A stretch of 38,636 nt of DNA from Candidatus Woesearchaeota archaeon (GCA_014729495.1 WJJV01000006.1:1-38636); one strand, 5' to 3'; positions 1 through 7,325 are shown, counted from the first letter of the stretch. Numbers and translations: made by a program. The notes: generated by a model from the letters alone, not told the origin.

Positions 1-63
1 GCTCAAGTTGGCCGTCAAACTTATACCAGTCATCAAATGGAGGCCTTATCAGCTGAATTTTCA

Positions 64-849
64 TCAGAAATCCCTTCCTACAAAGACACCATGGGCCTGG
101 TTCAGCTCATCACCATTTCCTATCCCAGTTATATCATTTGCATAGCCAAGTCTCCAGCCATCAATATCTGCACCCAGCCTTATTCTTGCAAGGCTGAAGT
201 TGAAGCTTTCAGGTCCTCTATCTCCGAAGTTTGTTATGGTCTCTAATCTTATGTATGGGCTGTTGCCTTTTGGATCATATGAATTTACAGTCATTATATC
301 TGTTTGAGGGTTCTCATTAAAGCTTCTGATGATATGCACATAGTTTGATAAGTCCCCAGTATTAAAGACATACTGGAATCCTATTCTTGGCACAAATTCC
401 TTGCCTGGCACAAACAGGCTTTCTATTATGGGTGACAGGTTTCCTGGCATCTCTGCATCAAGAGGAAACATTATCTTTCCGCACATCACTGCACTGACAT
501 TACTGTCCATCTCTGAGTCTGCAGGATCAAGATCAGTCATTATCCTTGTCCTCAGGAAATAGTTCATCCTGAGATTGTAATCATTGATGTCTTCCTTGAC
601 CAGGTTTCCGAATGCTTTTGTGTCAAGGGTTATCATCTCAGTCCTTGTGTCTCCTTTATTGTCGTTGCCATACACTGCTTCCAGAACTCCAGCTCCTGAA
701 GAAGACCCGGGCATCAGAAGATATGCTGCTGTAAGTCCTGTTGCAAGAGCGTGTCGTGGCCTGATCTCTTCTGTCAAAGTCTTGCCTATGTAAGGTATTC
801 TTTCTGCTGTTTCATTCAATATTTTCCTAAGCGACATTCTTCTCCACAT
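64..849 (-). CDS. hypothetical protein (~261 aa), no family recognised
   Basis: Long minus-strand ORF with its stop at 61-63. The track start at 852 is GTG; the first ATG is at 849. Divergent from the TrmB-like gene. No nameable motif. Confidence 0.5.
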   Translation of the reverse strand: MWRRMSLRKILNETAERIPYIGKTLTEEIRPRHALATGLTAAYLLMPGSSSGAGVLEAVYGNDNKGDTRTEMITLDTKAFGNLVKEDINDYNLRMNYFLRTRIMTDLDPADSEMDSNVSAVMCGKIMFPLDAEMPGNLSPIIESLFVPGKEFVPRIGFQYVFNTGDLSNYVHIIRSFNENPQTDIMTVNSYDPKGNSPYIRLETITNFGDRGPESFNFSLARIRLGADIDGWRLGYANDITGIGNGDELNQAHGVFVGRDF

Positions 850-969
850 CACAAACTACCCCAGAACACCCTTTTTGCAGTCATAACAATCATTCATTTA
901 AATACCTTATTTCCCCCTTTAGGGGTAAATGTAGAAAGATTTATATATCAGACAAGCCAGACAACAATT

Positions 970-2115
970 ATGGAAGCCAGATTACTGAAGGAAATAGGCC
1001 TCACAGAAGGAGAATCAAAGGTCTACATGGCCTTGCTGGAACTTGGAACAACCACAACAGGGCCTGTTGTGAAGAAGTCAGGCATATCTGCATCAAAAGT
1101 CTATGATATCCTGAGCAAGCTCACAGACAAAGGCCTGGTCAGCCATATCATAAAAGCAAAGACAAAGTACTTCAGGCCAGCTGATCCAGAAAGGATACTT
1201 GATTATCTTGATGAAAAAGAGAAAAGGATTGCTGAGAAAAAAGAACAGGTCAGGGCATATATCCCCCTGCTCAAGGCAAAGCTTGAAGGAGCAGAGAAAA
1301 GGGAAGCTGAAGTGTTTGAAGGAAGAAAAGGTATTGAGAATATCTTCTACACAATAATCTCAGACCTGAAGAAAGGAGATGAGTATTATGTCATGGGAGC
1401 AAGCTATGGTGAAAGGCAAGAATACCTTTATGATTTCTTTGAACAATACCACAAAGAAAGAGCAAAGAGAGGAATCAAAGTAAAGCTGCTGTTCAATCAT
1501 GATGTAAAGACAATAGTTCCCACTACTAAGAATCTGGGTGAGATAAGATACATGCCGCAGGATGTGAAGACACCTACCCAGATCATAATATGGAAAGACA
1601 ATGTGACCACAATAACCTGGCAGGACAAGCCAATTGCATTCACAATACGCAACAGGAAAGTAGCAGAATCATACAAGGCATACTTTGACTCTTACTGGCA
1701 TCAGGAAACAAAGGTAGTCAAGGGTCTTGATGCAATACAGAATCTTTTTGAGGAGATGCTTGAGGCAGGCCATGCTGATTTCATAGGAGCAAGAGGCTAT
1801 TTCATGGACTTAAGACCAAAATATACTGATGACTGGGAGAAGAGGGCAATAGAAAAAGGATTTACCATGAGAAACATTGTTGATCCTGAAGTAAAAGGCC
1901 ACAGGAACACAAGAATGCCTTTCAGCCAGACAAAATACACAATACCAAAAGAGTTCAGCAGGCTGAGCGTTTTCTGGATTTACGGCAATAAGGTTGTGAT
2001 AAGCAATTGGATGCAGGATAAGCCGATAGCAATTGTAATAGAGAACAAGCAGCTGCATAACATGTACCAGGAGCAGTTCAACCTGCTGTGGGAGAAAGAG
2101 ATAATAATCAGATAG
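970..2115 (+). CDS. TrmB-family winged-helix transcriptional regulator with two tandem C-terminal domains
   Basis: The ATG at 970 gives MEARLLKEIGLTEGESKVYMALLELGTTTTGPVVKKSGISASKVYDILSKLTDKGLV, a typical TrmB N-terminal wHTH. The 73 upstream codons of the 751 ORF overlap the divergent gene and look non-coding. Two ~120-aa repeats end in WQDKPIAFTIRN and WMQDKPIAIVIEN. Confidence 0.75.
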   Translation: MEARLLKEIGLTEGESKVYMALLELGTTTTGPVVKKSGISASKVYDILSKLTDKGLVSHIIKAKTKYFRPADPERILDYLDEKEKRIAEKKEQVRAYIPLLKAKLEGAEKREAEVFEGRKGIENIFYTIISDLKKGDEYYVMGASYGERQEYLYDFFEQYHKERAKRGIKVKLLFNHDVKTIVPTTKNLGEIRYMPQDVKTPTQIIIWKDNVTTITWQDKPIAFTIRNRKVAESYKAYFDSYWHQETKVVKGLDAIQNLFEEMLEAGHADFIGARGYFMDLRPKYTDDWEKRAIEKGFTMRNIVDPEVKGHRNTRMPFSQTKYTIPKEFSRLSVFWIYGNKVVISNWMQDKPIAIVIENKQLHNMYQEQFNLLWEKEIIIR

Positions 2116-2117
2116 AA

Positions 2118-2372
2118 TTAATCACTGAACAGATCAGCCTCTTTCTCCTTGGCAAGGTTATGGAAATAACCCATTGCCAGGACAAATCCTCCTGAAAGGC
2201 CAAGAAGTATGTTTGATGCCCAGGTGAAATCTATTTGCTTTGTTGTGAGATATATATCAATGACTATATAAGATCCTGCCATAAATGATGCTATTGCACC
2301 TATTGCCAATAGATAAGTGTACAATCTCTCTTTCTTCATCTTTGCCATGTTCTTAGGGGAAGAATAGGTCAT
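2118..2372 (-). CDS. small membrane protein (84 aa, two predicted TM helices)
   Basis: ATG-initiated ORF with two hydrophobic stretches (LLAIGAIASFMAGSYIVIDIY, ILLGLSGGFVLAMGYF). Convergent with the TrmB-like gene. Confidence 0.45.
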   Translation of the reverse strand: MTYSSPKNMAKMKKERLYTYLLAIGAIASFMAGSYIVIDIYLTTKQIDFTWASNILLGLSGGFVLAMGYFHNLAKEKEADLFSD

Positions 2373-2382
2373 ATTAATACTT

Positions 2383-2745
2383 TATGAAAAGATAATAAAA
2401 ATTTGACCATTATCTTATAAGCAAATCCTAACCCCACCCTAAAGGGTGTGGTATTAACGGATTTGCATTCTAGATGGTCAAATTTTTAGTCTTGAAAACC
2501 CTCAGAAATCAAAGATGCTCAAAAACCAAAGGTTTTTGGCATGCCGATAATCCAGAAGGATTATCAAGCATTTCTGGGGTGTCAAAAATGCTGTGCATTT
2601 TTGAACATGGCACCTCTCGCACTAAAGTGCGGGGTATTACTTGCGAACAAGTTCGCAAGTCTGATAATCCCAGACGAGCCTGAGAGTCGGGATTATCTTT
2701 AAACCCAATGAAAATGGCTTGGTGCCATTTTCAATAAAAAGAGGG
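2383..2745. repeat. hairpin-cassette repeat, copy 1 (long form)
   Basis: Near-identical to 4926-5187 but with an extra ~111 bp (2496-2606). It consists of consecutive perfect palindromes. One is a three-tier nested hairpin at 2387-2477, with a 14-bp outer stem aaaaatttgaccat/atggtcaaattttt and an 8-bp gcaaatcc/ggatttgc stem. Others are cttgcgaac-aa-gttcgcaag, gataatccc...gggattatc and gaaaatggc..gccattttc. Confidence 0.8.
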
Positions 2746-2754
2746 CAAAAGCCC
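2733..2754 (-). terminator. putative terminator of the 2763-3632 gene
   Basis: On the minus strand, a gggc-tttt-gccc hairpin (2743-2754) lies just downstream of the stop and is followed by tctttttatt (an oligo-T tract). Confidence 0.45.
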
Positions 2755-2762
2755 TGAAATAT

Positions 2763-3632
2763 TCATGAAAACAGACCGATCAACCACGCCCAGAATCCTG
2801 AATTACCACCAGTGCCGCTTCCACCGCCAGTTGCCTGGCCTGTTATGCCACCCATTGGATCTGGGTTACCAGAATCTCCATTACTCTTATCACCTTTAGG
2901 CTCTTCAGGCTTTGGTTCTGGCTTAGGTATTTCACATGCTTCTGTCTCAGCAGCAGGCTTATGGCCTGTTGTTCCGCAATCATTTGCATCCTTGCATTCC
3001 TTTGTCTTCTCATTGTTAATGCATTCGCTCCAGGTGCATACCCAGTTCTCAACGCATTTGCATACCGAATCAACGCAATCCACACCCACAGGACAATCAG
3101 AGGATCCGTGACATTCAGGCAGGACCTCTGCATAGATATACCTGTTCTCTTCATCTCCATCTGATTCTGCATAAGCTCTTAGCTTGATATTTCCAAGTCT
3201 CGTATCCTCAGAGACAGACAATACAATTTCCACAGTCTGCTCTTCTCCCTCACTTAATTCAGATATCTCTTTCTCTGAGCACTGCCAGTTATCAGGACAG
3301 TCTGCTACTGTCACAAGAACATTCTCCTCATCATAGTCTCCATCATTCTCCACTATCAGTTCCAGTTTATTGTCCTGGTTCTTTCTGAGTGTATAATCAT
3401 AAACTCTGTGGATATTAAGGCTATGATCCTTACCACCACCTTCAATCCTTGGTGCAGGGTCAGGACAGACACATTTGCAGACCTCAGTTTCCTCATTGCA
3501 TTCACAATCACACCCATCATCACAGCATTCTCCAAAGCACCAGTTAGACATTTCTGCATGACATGATTCATCAACCGCCAAAGCTGATGGAATAGCCATA
3601 ATCAATACCAGAATAATCATGATTCTTTTCAT
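2763..3632 (-). CDS. secreted cysteine-rich protein with a Gly-rich linker and C-terminal hydrophobic anchor
   Basis: The ATG at 3632 gives MKRIMIILVLIMAIPSALA, a signal peptide. There are dense Cys clusters (CFGECCDDGCDCECNEETEVCKCVCP; CPVGVDCVDSVCKCVENWVCTWSEC). The C-terminus is PKPEPKPEEP...GGGSGTGGNSGFWAWLIGLFS. Confidence 0.6.
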   Translation of the reverse strand: MKRIMIILVLIMAIPSALAVDESCHAEMSNWCFGECCDDGCDCECNEETEVCKCVCPDPAPRIEGGGKDHSLNIHRVYDYTLRKNQDNKLELIVENDGDYDEENVLVTVADCPDNWQCSEKEISELSEGEEQTVEIVLSVSEDTRLGNIKLRAYAESDGDEENRYIYAEVLPECHGSSDCPVGVDCVDSVCKCVENWVCTWSECINNEKTKECKDANDCGTTGHKPAAETEACEIPKPEPKPEEPKGDKSNGDSGNPDPMGGITGQATGGGSGTGGNSGFWAWLIGLFS

Positions 3633-3733
3633 ATTGACACCCCCAATATATGGGCTATAGAGCAACCAATAATATAAAAAGTTAACTGTGTTAAACAGTT
3701 TTATAAGCTATTTTAAGGTATTTAAAGGATATA

Positions 3734-3741
3734 TTTATATA
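3734..3741 (+). promoter_or_regulatory. TATA box for the tRNA at 3766
   Basis: tttatata lies 25-32 nt upstream of the tRNA 5' end, which is typical archaeal spacing. Confidence 0.4.
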
Positions 3742-3765
3742 TGACTCTGAAATCCAAAACCTCAT

Positions 3766-3893
3766 GCCGGGGTGGCGCAATCTGGTACCGCGCAAGCCTG
3801 GAATCTTGCAAAGACAGCTTGTTTCCTTCGGGATACCTTATGGCTGGAAAAGGCCAGAGGCCCGTAATCTGGGTTCAAATCCCAGCCCCGGCG
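3766..3893 (+). tRNA. intron-containing tRNA, provisionally class II tRNA-Ser(GGA)
   Basis: The acceptor stem is perfect (gccgggg/ccccggc) with discriminator g, and the T-arm is ctggg-ttcaaat-cccag. One intron, 3835-3866, is supported by a strict BHB: H cggg 3829-32 / cccg 3861-64, inner helix cctt/gagg, and 3-nt bulges. Its removal leaves a 15-nt variable arm (tcc-ttcg-gga). The candidate anticodon arm is caagc-ctggaa..-gcttg, with ~12 extra nt that lack a convincing BHB, so the anticodon call is tentative. Confidence 0.65.
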
Positions 3894-4075
3894 TTTTATT
3901 CTTCTGCAGCCATAATCTAGCAGTATGACCTCACTTCCCAATGCAGTCACCAGGGTTCAAAATAGGGAATATTAACCAGCCTATTATGAGAGTCTCCTGC
4001 AGCCACATGAATATATCTTTTTGTGCATAAAGTTTATAAATAAACTGGATTTCAGGGCTTTAAAGCTTAAATAAT

Positions 4076-4162
4076 GGGCTCGTAGCTCAGTCTGGCTAGA
4101 GCATTCGGCTCTTAACTTTGAGAGAGACCGAAAGGTCTGGGGTTCAAATCCCTGCGAGCCCG
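4076..4162 (+). tRNA. tRNA-Lys(CTT) with a canonical 12-nt intron (4115-4126)
   Basis: Cloverleaf: gggctcg..cgagccc acceptor, gctc/gagc D-stem, ttcgg/ccgaa anticodon stem, loop ctctta|..|a. The BHB is ctct (32-35) pairing with agag, with 3-nt bulges placing the cuts at 37/38. A TATA-like tttataaata lies ~35 nt upstream. Confidence 0.85.
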
Positions 4163-4208
4163 CTTATGATAAATATATAAATTTAAAAGTAATAAAAAAG
4201 GTGAAATA

Positions 4209-4433
4209 ATGGATTACAACATAGAGCAGGAAAGGGAGAAGTGCATTATGTGCGGTGCATGCGCTGGAACATGCCCTGACAACTGGGAGATGAAAGAGGA
4301 CGGAAAATCATCTCCAAAGAAAACCAGCATCAGCGAAGATGAACTGGACTGCAATATGAGCGCAGCTCAGTCATGCCCTGTGAACATAATACACATAAAA
4401 GAGGATAAAGAAGACGGAAAGCAATTGATCTGA
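4209..4433 (+). CDS. small single-cluster ferredoxin (74 aa)
   Basis: CIMCGACAGTCP plus a distal SCPV gives the CxxCxxC...CP iron-sulfur cluster ligand pattern. The size and acidic composition are typical of ferredoxins. Confidence 0.7.
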   Translation: MDYNIEQEREKCIMCGACAGTCPDNWEMKEDGKSSPKKTSISEDELDCNMSAAQSCPVNIIHIKEDKEDGKQLI

Positions 4434-4464
4434 CTTAATGATCAATCATTTTCACAATCACAAT

Positions 4465-4548
4465 GCCCCGTTAGTGTAGCAACCGGAGCGTGTTACGCGA
4501 CCCTCGGACGCAACATGCGACTCCTAGTTGCTATGCAACCGGAGTCCC
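4465..4548 (+). pseudogene. tRNA-Glu 5' fragment (first 16 nt plus leader duplicated) fused to an unrelated structured ~68-nt segment
   Basis: A 29-nt perfect direct repeat, tcacaatcacaatgccccgttagtgtagc, occurs at 4452-4480 and 4565-4593. The upstream copy lacks an anticodon arm, T-arm and 3' acceptor. It is followed by a 7-bp stem tagcaac/gttgcta enclosing small hairpins, and by a 10-nt direct repeat gcaaccggag (4479-88 and 4535-44). Confidence 0.4.
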
Positions 4549-4577
4549 ATAAAAAAATCAGATATCACAATCACAAT

Positions 4578-4700
4578 GCCCCGTTAGTGTAGCCCGGCCA
4601 ATCATTTCGCCCTCTCGAACTGAGAGGTAGAGTCAGGCGAAGACCCGGGTTCAAACTGGTATAAGGTTATTCCTTTGCCATGAATGTCCCGGACGGGGCG
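4578..4700 (+). tRNA. tRNA-Glu(CTC) with two introns (anticodon 37/38: 4618-4634; T-loop 59/60: 4656-4686)
   Basis: Acceptor gccccgt/acggggc, D-arm gtgtagcccggccaatcat (Glu-type), anticodon stem tcgcc/ggcga, loop ctctcg|..|a. BHB 1 is ctct/agag. BHB 2 is ttca (4650-53) / tgaa (4681-84) with 3-nt bulges, which restores the T-loop ttcaaat. The mature length is 75 nt. Confidence 0.85.
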
Positions 4701-4723
4701 TTTATATTTCTTTATTATATTTA

Positions 4724-4925
4724 TTACCTATTAGGATTCCAGAATATTGTTGGATAATCATTCTTTGAAGGCACTCTTCCGCTGTATTCTGGGTTAGGAT
4801 GGTCCTTGAAATCATCAAGCACATGCATCTTGGCTGCTTCTCTGGCTTCTTCACCAAACTTTTCAACACATCTGTTTACGCCATCCCCGTGATGCCTCTG
4901 CTCCCTATGCCTTGTTGACTTAGAA
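4724..4925 (-). pseudogene. 3' remnant of a protein gene truncated at the hairpin-cassette boundary
   Basis: A minus-strand open frame reads ...STRHREQRHHGDGVNRCVEKFGEEAREAAKMHVLDDFKDHPNPEYSGRVPSKNDYPTIFWNPNR*. It has no upstream ATG and opens only 3 codons inside the repeat copy that starts at 4926. Confidence 0.3.
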
Positions 4926-5187
4926 GAATAATAAAAATTTGACCATTATCTTATAAGCAAATCCTAACCCCACCCTAAAGGGTGTGGTATTAACGGATTT
5001 GCATTTTACATGGTCAAATTTTTAGTCTTGAACATGGCACCTCTCGCACTAAAGTGTATGGTATTACTTGCGAACTTGTTCGCAAGTCTGATAATTCCGA
5101 CTTCAGTCGAAATTATCTATAAGCCTGAGAGTCGGGATTATCTTTAAACCCAATGAAAATAGCTTGGTGCCATTTTCAATAAATATT
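4926..5187. repeat. hairpin-cassette repeat, copy 2 (short form)
   Basis: A direct-orientation copy of 2383-2745. It lacks the 111-bp internal module but has an extra palindrome, gataattccgac-ttca-gtcgaaattatc. Loop-only differences occur (cttgcgaac-tt-gttcgcaag versus -aa-). Confidence 0.8.
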
Positions 5188-5296
5188 CCTCAATTTTCAC
5201 CCTCAAAAAGTAGTATTACCTCTGGCAGCCATATATAGAACCGTGCCAAAGAAATCCATCAAAAGCTTTAAAAATGCTATTCCATACTGGGACTAT

Positions 5297-5572
5297 ATGG
5301 CAAAAGAAACAGAGAACAAACCAGAAACCAAAGCAAAGGCTGAGGGCAAAGAAACCAAAGACCTCATCACCAAAGACATGCCCATAGGAGATGTTGTCCA
5401 GAAATATCCAGAGACAGCAGAGGTCATGTTCAGGCATGGCATGCACTGCATAGGCTGCCATGTTGCTGCTTTTGAGACTGTTGAGCAGGGAGCAGCAGCC
5501 CATGGCATTGATGTTGACAAGTTCATGGAAGAGCTGAACAAAGCAGCCAAGGAAAGCAAAGACAAGGAATAA
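5297..5572 (+). CDS. DUF1858-type (hybrid-cluster-protein-associated redox disulfide) domain protein
   Basis: ITKDMPIGDVVQKYPETAEVMFRHGMHCIGCHVAAFETVEQGAAAHGIDVDKFMEELN matches the DUF1858 pattern as I remember it. The track start at 5243 is GTG and is overlapped by a TATA-like atatatag at 5232-5239, so the ATG at 5297 is preferred. Confidence 0.65.
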   Translation: MAKETENKPETKAKAEGKETKDLITKDMPIGDVVQKYPETAEVMFRHGMHCIGCHVAAFETVEQGAAAHGIDVDKFMEELNKAAKESKDKE

Positions 5573-5573
5573 T

Positions 5574-5921
5574 ATGTCAATTCCCCAGGTGAATCTTGAA
5601 AGAGAGGTCAATGTTTTGATTCTTGAAGGCCCATGGATGTCTGGAAAAGACTGCAAAAGAAGGGATGCTCTTGTGAGGAAATGCATGGAGCATGCAGTGG
5701 ATAATAATGGGGAACAAGTCAGGCTCAATGAGCTGACAAGCATAAAAGTGGATGAGTTCCCTTCAGTGGACTATGTCATAGGACCTCTTGACAAGAAAGG
5801 AGAGATTACCCCTGACTACAGAGGCTACATAATAGAAAGTCATGAGAGAGCTCTTCCTTCACTGAGTTTATTCATAAAAGGAAGATACATAACAGGTGAG
5901 GCAACTCAGACAGAATTATGA
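5574..5921 (+). CDS. hypothetical protein (115 aa)
   Basis: An ATG ORF starting 1 nt after the upstream stop. Its stop overlaps the next start (ATGA at 5918-5921). Confidence 0.5.
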   Translation: MSIPQVNLEREVNVLILEGPWMSGKDCKRRDALVRKCMEHAVDNNGEQVRLNELTSIKVDEFPSVDYVIGPLDKKGEITPDYRGYIIESHERALPSLSLFIKGRYITGEATQTEL

Positions 5922-6073
5922 CAGTATTCAAGAAATGCCCGCACTGCGGGTCAACAAACATGAAGCATGTCCACAGGTCCAGCGGAGGATTCTGGGAGTG
6001 CATGGACTGCGGGTATAAGGGAAGCCATACCCATGAGGAAGAGAAGGAGACAAATCCAGAGATATCATGGTGA
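5918..6073 (+). CDS. zinc-ribbon protein (51 aa; below the ORF-track length cutoff)
   Basis: My manual translation is MTVFKKCPHCGSTNMKHVHRSSGGFWECMDCGYKGSHTHEEEKETNPEISW, with CPHC...CMDC as four Zn ligands. It is translationally coupled on both sides (ATGA at 5918; ATGGTGA at 6067). Confidence 0.5.
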   Translation: MTVFKKCPHCGSTNMKHVHRSSGGFWECMDCGYKGSHTHEEEKETNPEISW

Positions 6074-6333
6074 AACACATGGATGAATATGATCTTGAGC
6101 TGGACAGGGCATTGTCTGAGATAAAGAAGCAGAATGCAAAGAAGGTCTGCATCCAGCTGCCTGACGGGCTGAAGCCAAAGGCAAAACAGATAGCAGATTA
6201 CCTAAATGAAAACACAAAAGCAGAGATAATCATATGGCTGGGAACATGCTTCGGAGCCTGCGACATACCCAACCTTGGAAGCATCAGTCCTGATCTTCTC
6301 ATACAATGGGGGCACTCAGCATGGAATTCCTGA
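6067..6333 (+). pseudogene. dph2: N-terminal fragment (~88 aa) of diphthamide synthesis protein Dph2
   Basis: YDLELDRALSEIKKQNAKKVCIQLPDGLKPKAKQIADYL...GTCFGACDIP...DLLIQWGHS matches the start of archaeal Dph2 (~330 aa), including the first cluster-binding Cys. The frame stops after 88 codons, and the downstream DNA encodes an unrelated membrane protein. Confidence 0.55.
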
Positions 6334-6803
6334 TTTATTTCCTCACAGCAGTGCTTGCATATATCGGCCTGGCAGGAGGGTTTGCTCTTGCTCAGATATC
6401 TCCAGAGGAGATGAAGCCTGGAAGGAAGTATTTTGATGCTCTTAATTACATCCTTTTCTCTCTCATAATGCTGATGCTGCTTTTCTTTGAGAGCCCCACA
6501 ATAGGCATAACAGTACTGCTGGCAATAAGCATATACATAAAGTTCGGCAGGCAGAAAGCGACACTGAAGATAGCTTATGGAGTCCTGGGAGCAGTGCTTG
6601 CTCTCCTGACATTTGACAAGTACATATTCATGATAACAGCATCACTCATATTCATGTTTGGCATTGTATCAGGAACATTATGCTCAATAAGGCACAGCCA
6701 GATGTCAAGGAAGCAGCAATTCCTTTACATTATGGGATCAAATGCCCTGTTCTTTCTGACAGCACTACCACTTTACTTTCTTGAGCTTAAGGTAATACCC
6801 TAG
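6306..6803 (+). CDS. integral membrane protein (165 aa, ~5 TM)
   Basis: A hydrophobic ORF that overlaps the end of the Dph2 fragment in another frame. No family recognised. Confidence 0.5.
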   Translation: MGALSMEFLIYFLTAVLAYIGLAGGFALAQISPEEMKPGRKYFDALNYILFSLIMLMLLFFESPTIGITVLLAISIYIKFGRQKATLKIAYGVLGAVLALLTFDKYIFMITASLIFMFGIVSGTLCSIRHSQMSRKQQFLYIMGSNALFFLTALPLYFLELKVIP

Positions 6804-7325
6804 ATGATTTGCAGCTATATGCAAAGCTGGTGTCAGAACAAGTATTATAAGCACCACCTGCCATGAGGGCACATAAAGCACTGCCAGGAAAATCAGGGAT
6901 CCTATCACAAAATCTATCTGATCCCATGGCATGAACTTGGCGCCTGGCTTGATGTCAAGCTGCCTCTTGACAGCGCTCTCTATGAGATCTCCGAATATTG
7001 CGCCAAAACCCAGAAGGAATCCAGGAAGAACACTGTATGCCTGGAACATGGAATCATAATCAAACAGGCTGATGCTCTGGAATAAGGGAAGATTATAAAG
7101 CCATTCCTGCAACAGGAACACAAGTATTCCAGCAATTCCAGCAACAAGAAGCCCCCTGAAAGTCTTGTGCGCACCGAAAAGAGACTTTCCCCTAAGCTTT
7201 ATCTTAGGAGCTATGGGCTTTGCAAGAGGCTTGAATGTGCTCTTGAAGAGCACAGGAGCCATGTTAGCTGCATAAGCAGGAAGCATGAAGTACAATGCCT
7301 GTGCTATCATCAATAAAAATCCCAT
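6765..7325 (-). CDS. carS: CDP-archaeol synthase (CarS, DUF46 family)
   Basis: YFMLPAYAANMAPVL..., KTFRGLLVAGIAG..., GDLIESAVKRQLDIKPGAKFMPWDQIDFVIGSL match the CarS membrane cytidylyltransferase motifs. It sits in an operon with pssA and psd. Confidence 0.75.
   Translation of the reverse strand: MGFLLMIAQALYFMLPAYAANMAPVLFKSTFKPLAKPIAPKIKLRGKSLFGAHKTFRGLLVAGIAGILVFLLQEWLYNLPLFQSISLFDYDSMFQAYSVLPGFLLGFGAIFGDLIESAVKRQLDIKPGAKFMPWDQIDFVIGSLIFLAVLYVPSWQVVLIILVLTPALHIAANHLGYYLKLKKVKW

Noticed and set aside
1-33. Minus-strand ATG at 33 opening a frame (MTGISLTANLS...) that runs off the left edge.
   Set aside because: Only 11 codons are visible, which is too little to call a gene. It is noted as a possible partial CDS continuing outside the window.
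751-969. N-terminal extensions offered by the ORF track: 751-969 for the TrmB-like gene, 11452-11760 for the PHP gene, 5243-5296, 9242-9295, 13240-13287 and 30383-30397.
   Set aside because: The extensions start at GTG or TTG, or run into divergent genes and promoter TATA elements, and encode low-complexity sequence. Internal ATGs with TATA boxes ~25 nt upstream, or conserved N-termini, fit better.
3762-3950. ORFs overlapping tRNA genes: 3762-3950 (minus strand), 10431-10742 (plus) and 14968-15156 (plus).
   Set aside because: Each is explained by a tRNA gene or hairpin repeats on the same DNA. There are no coding signals.
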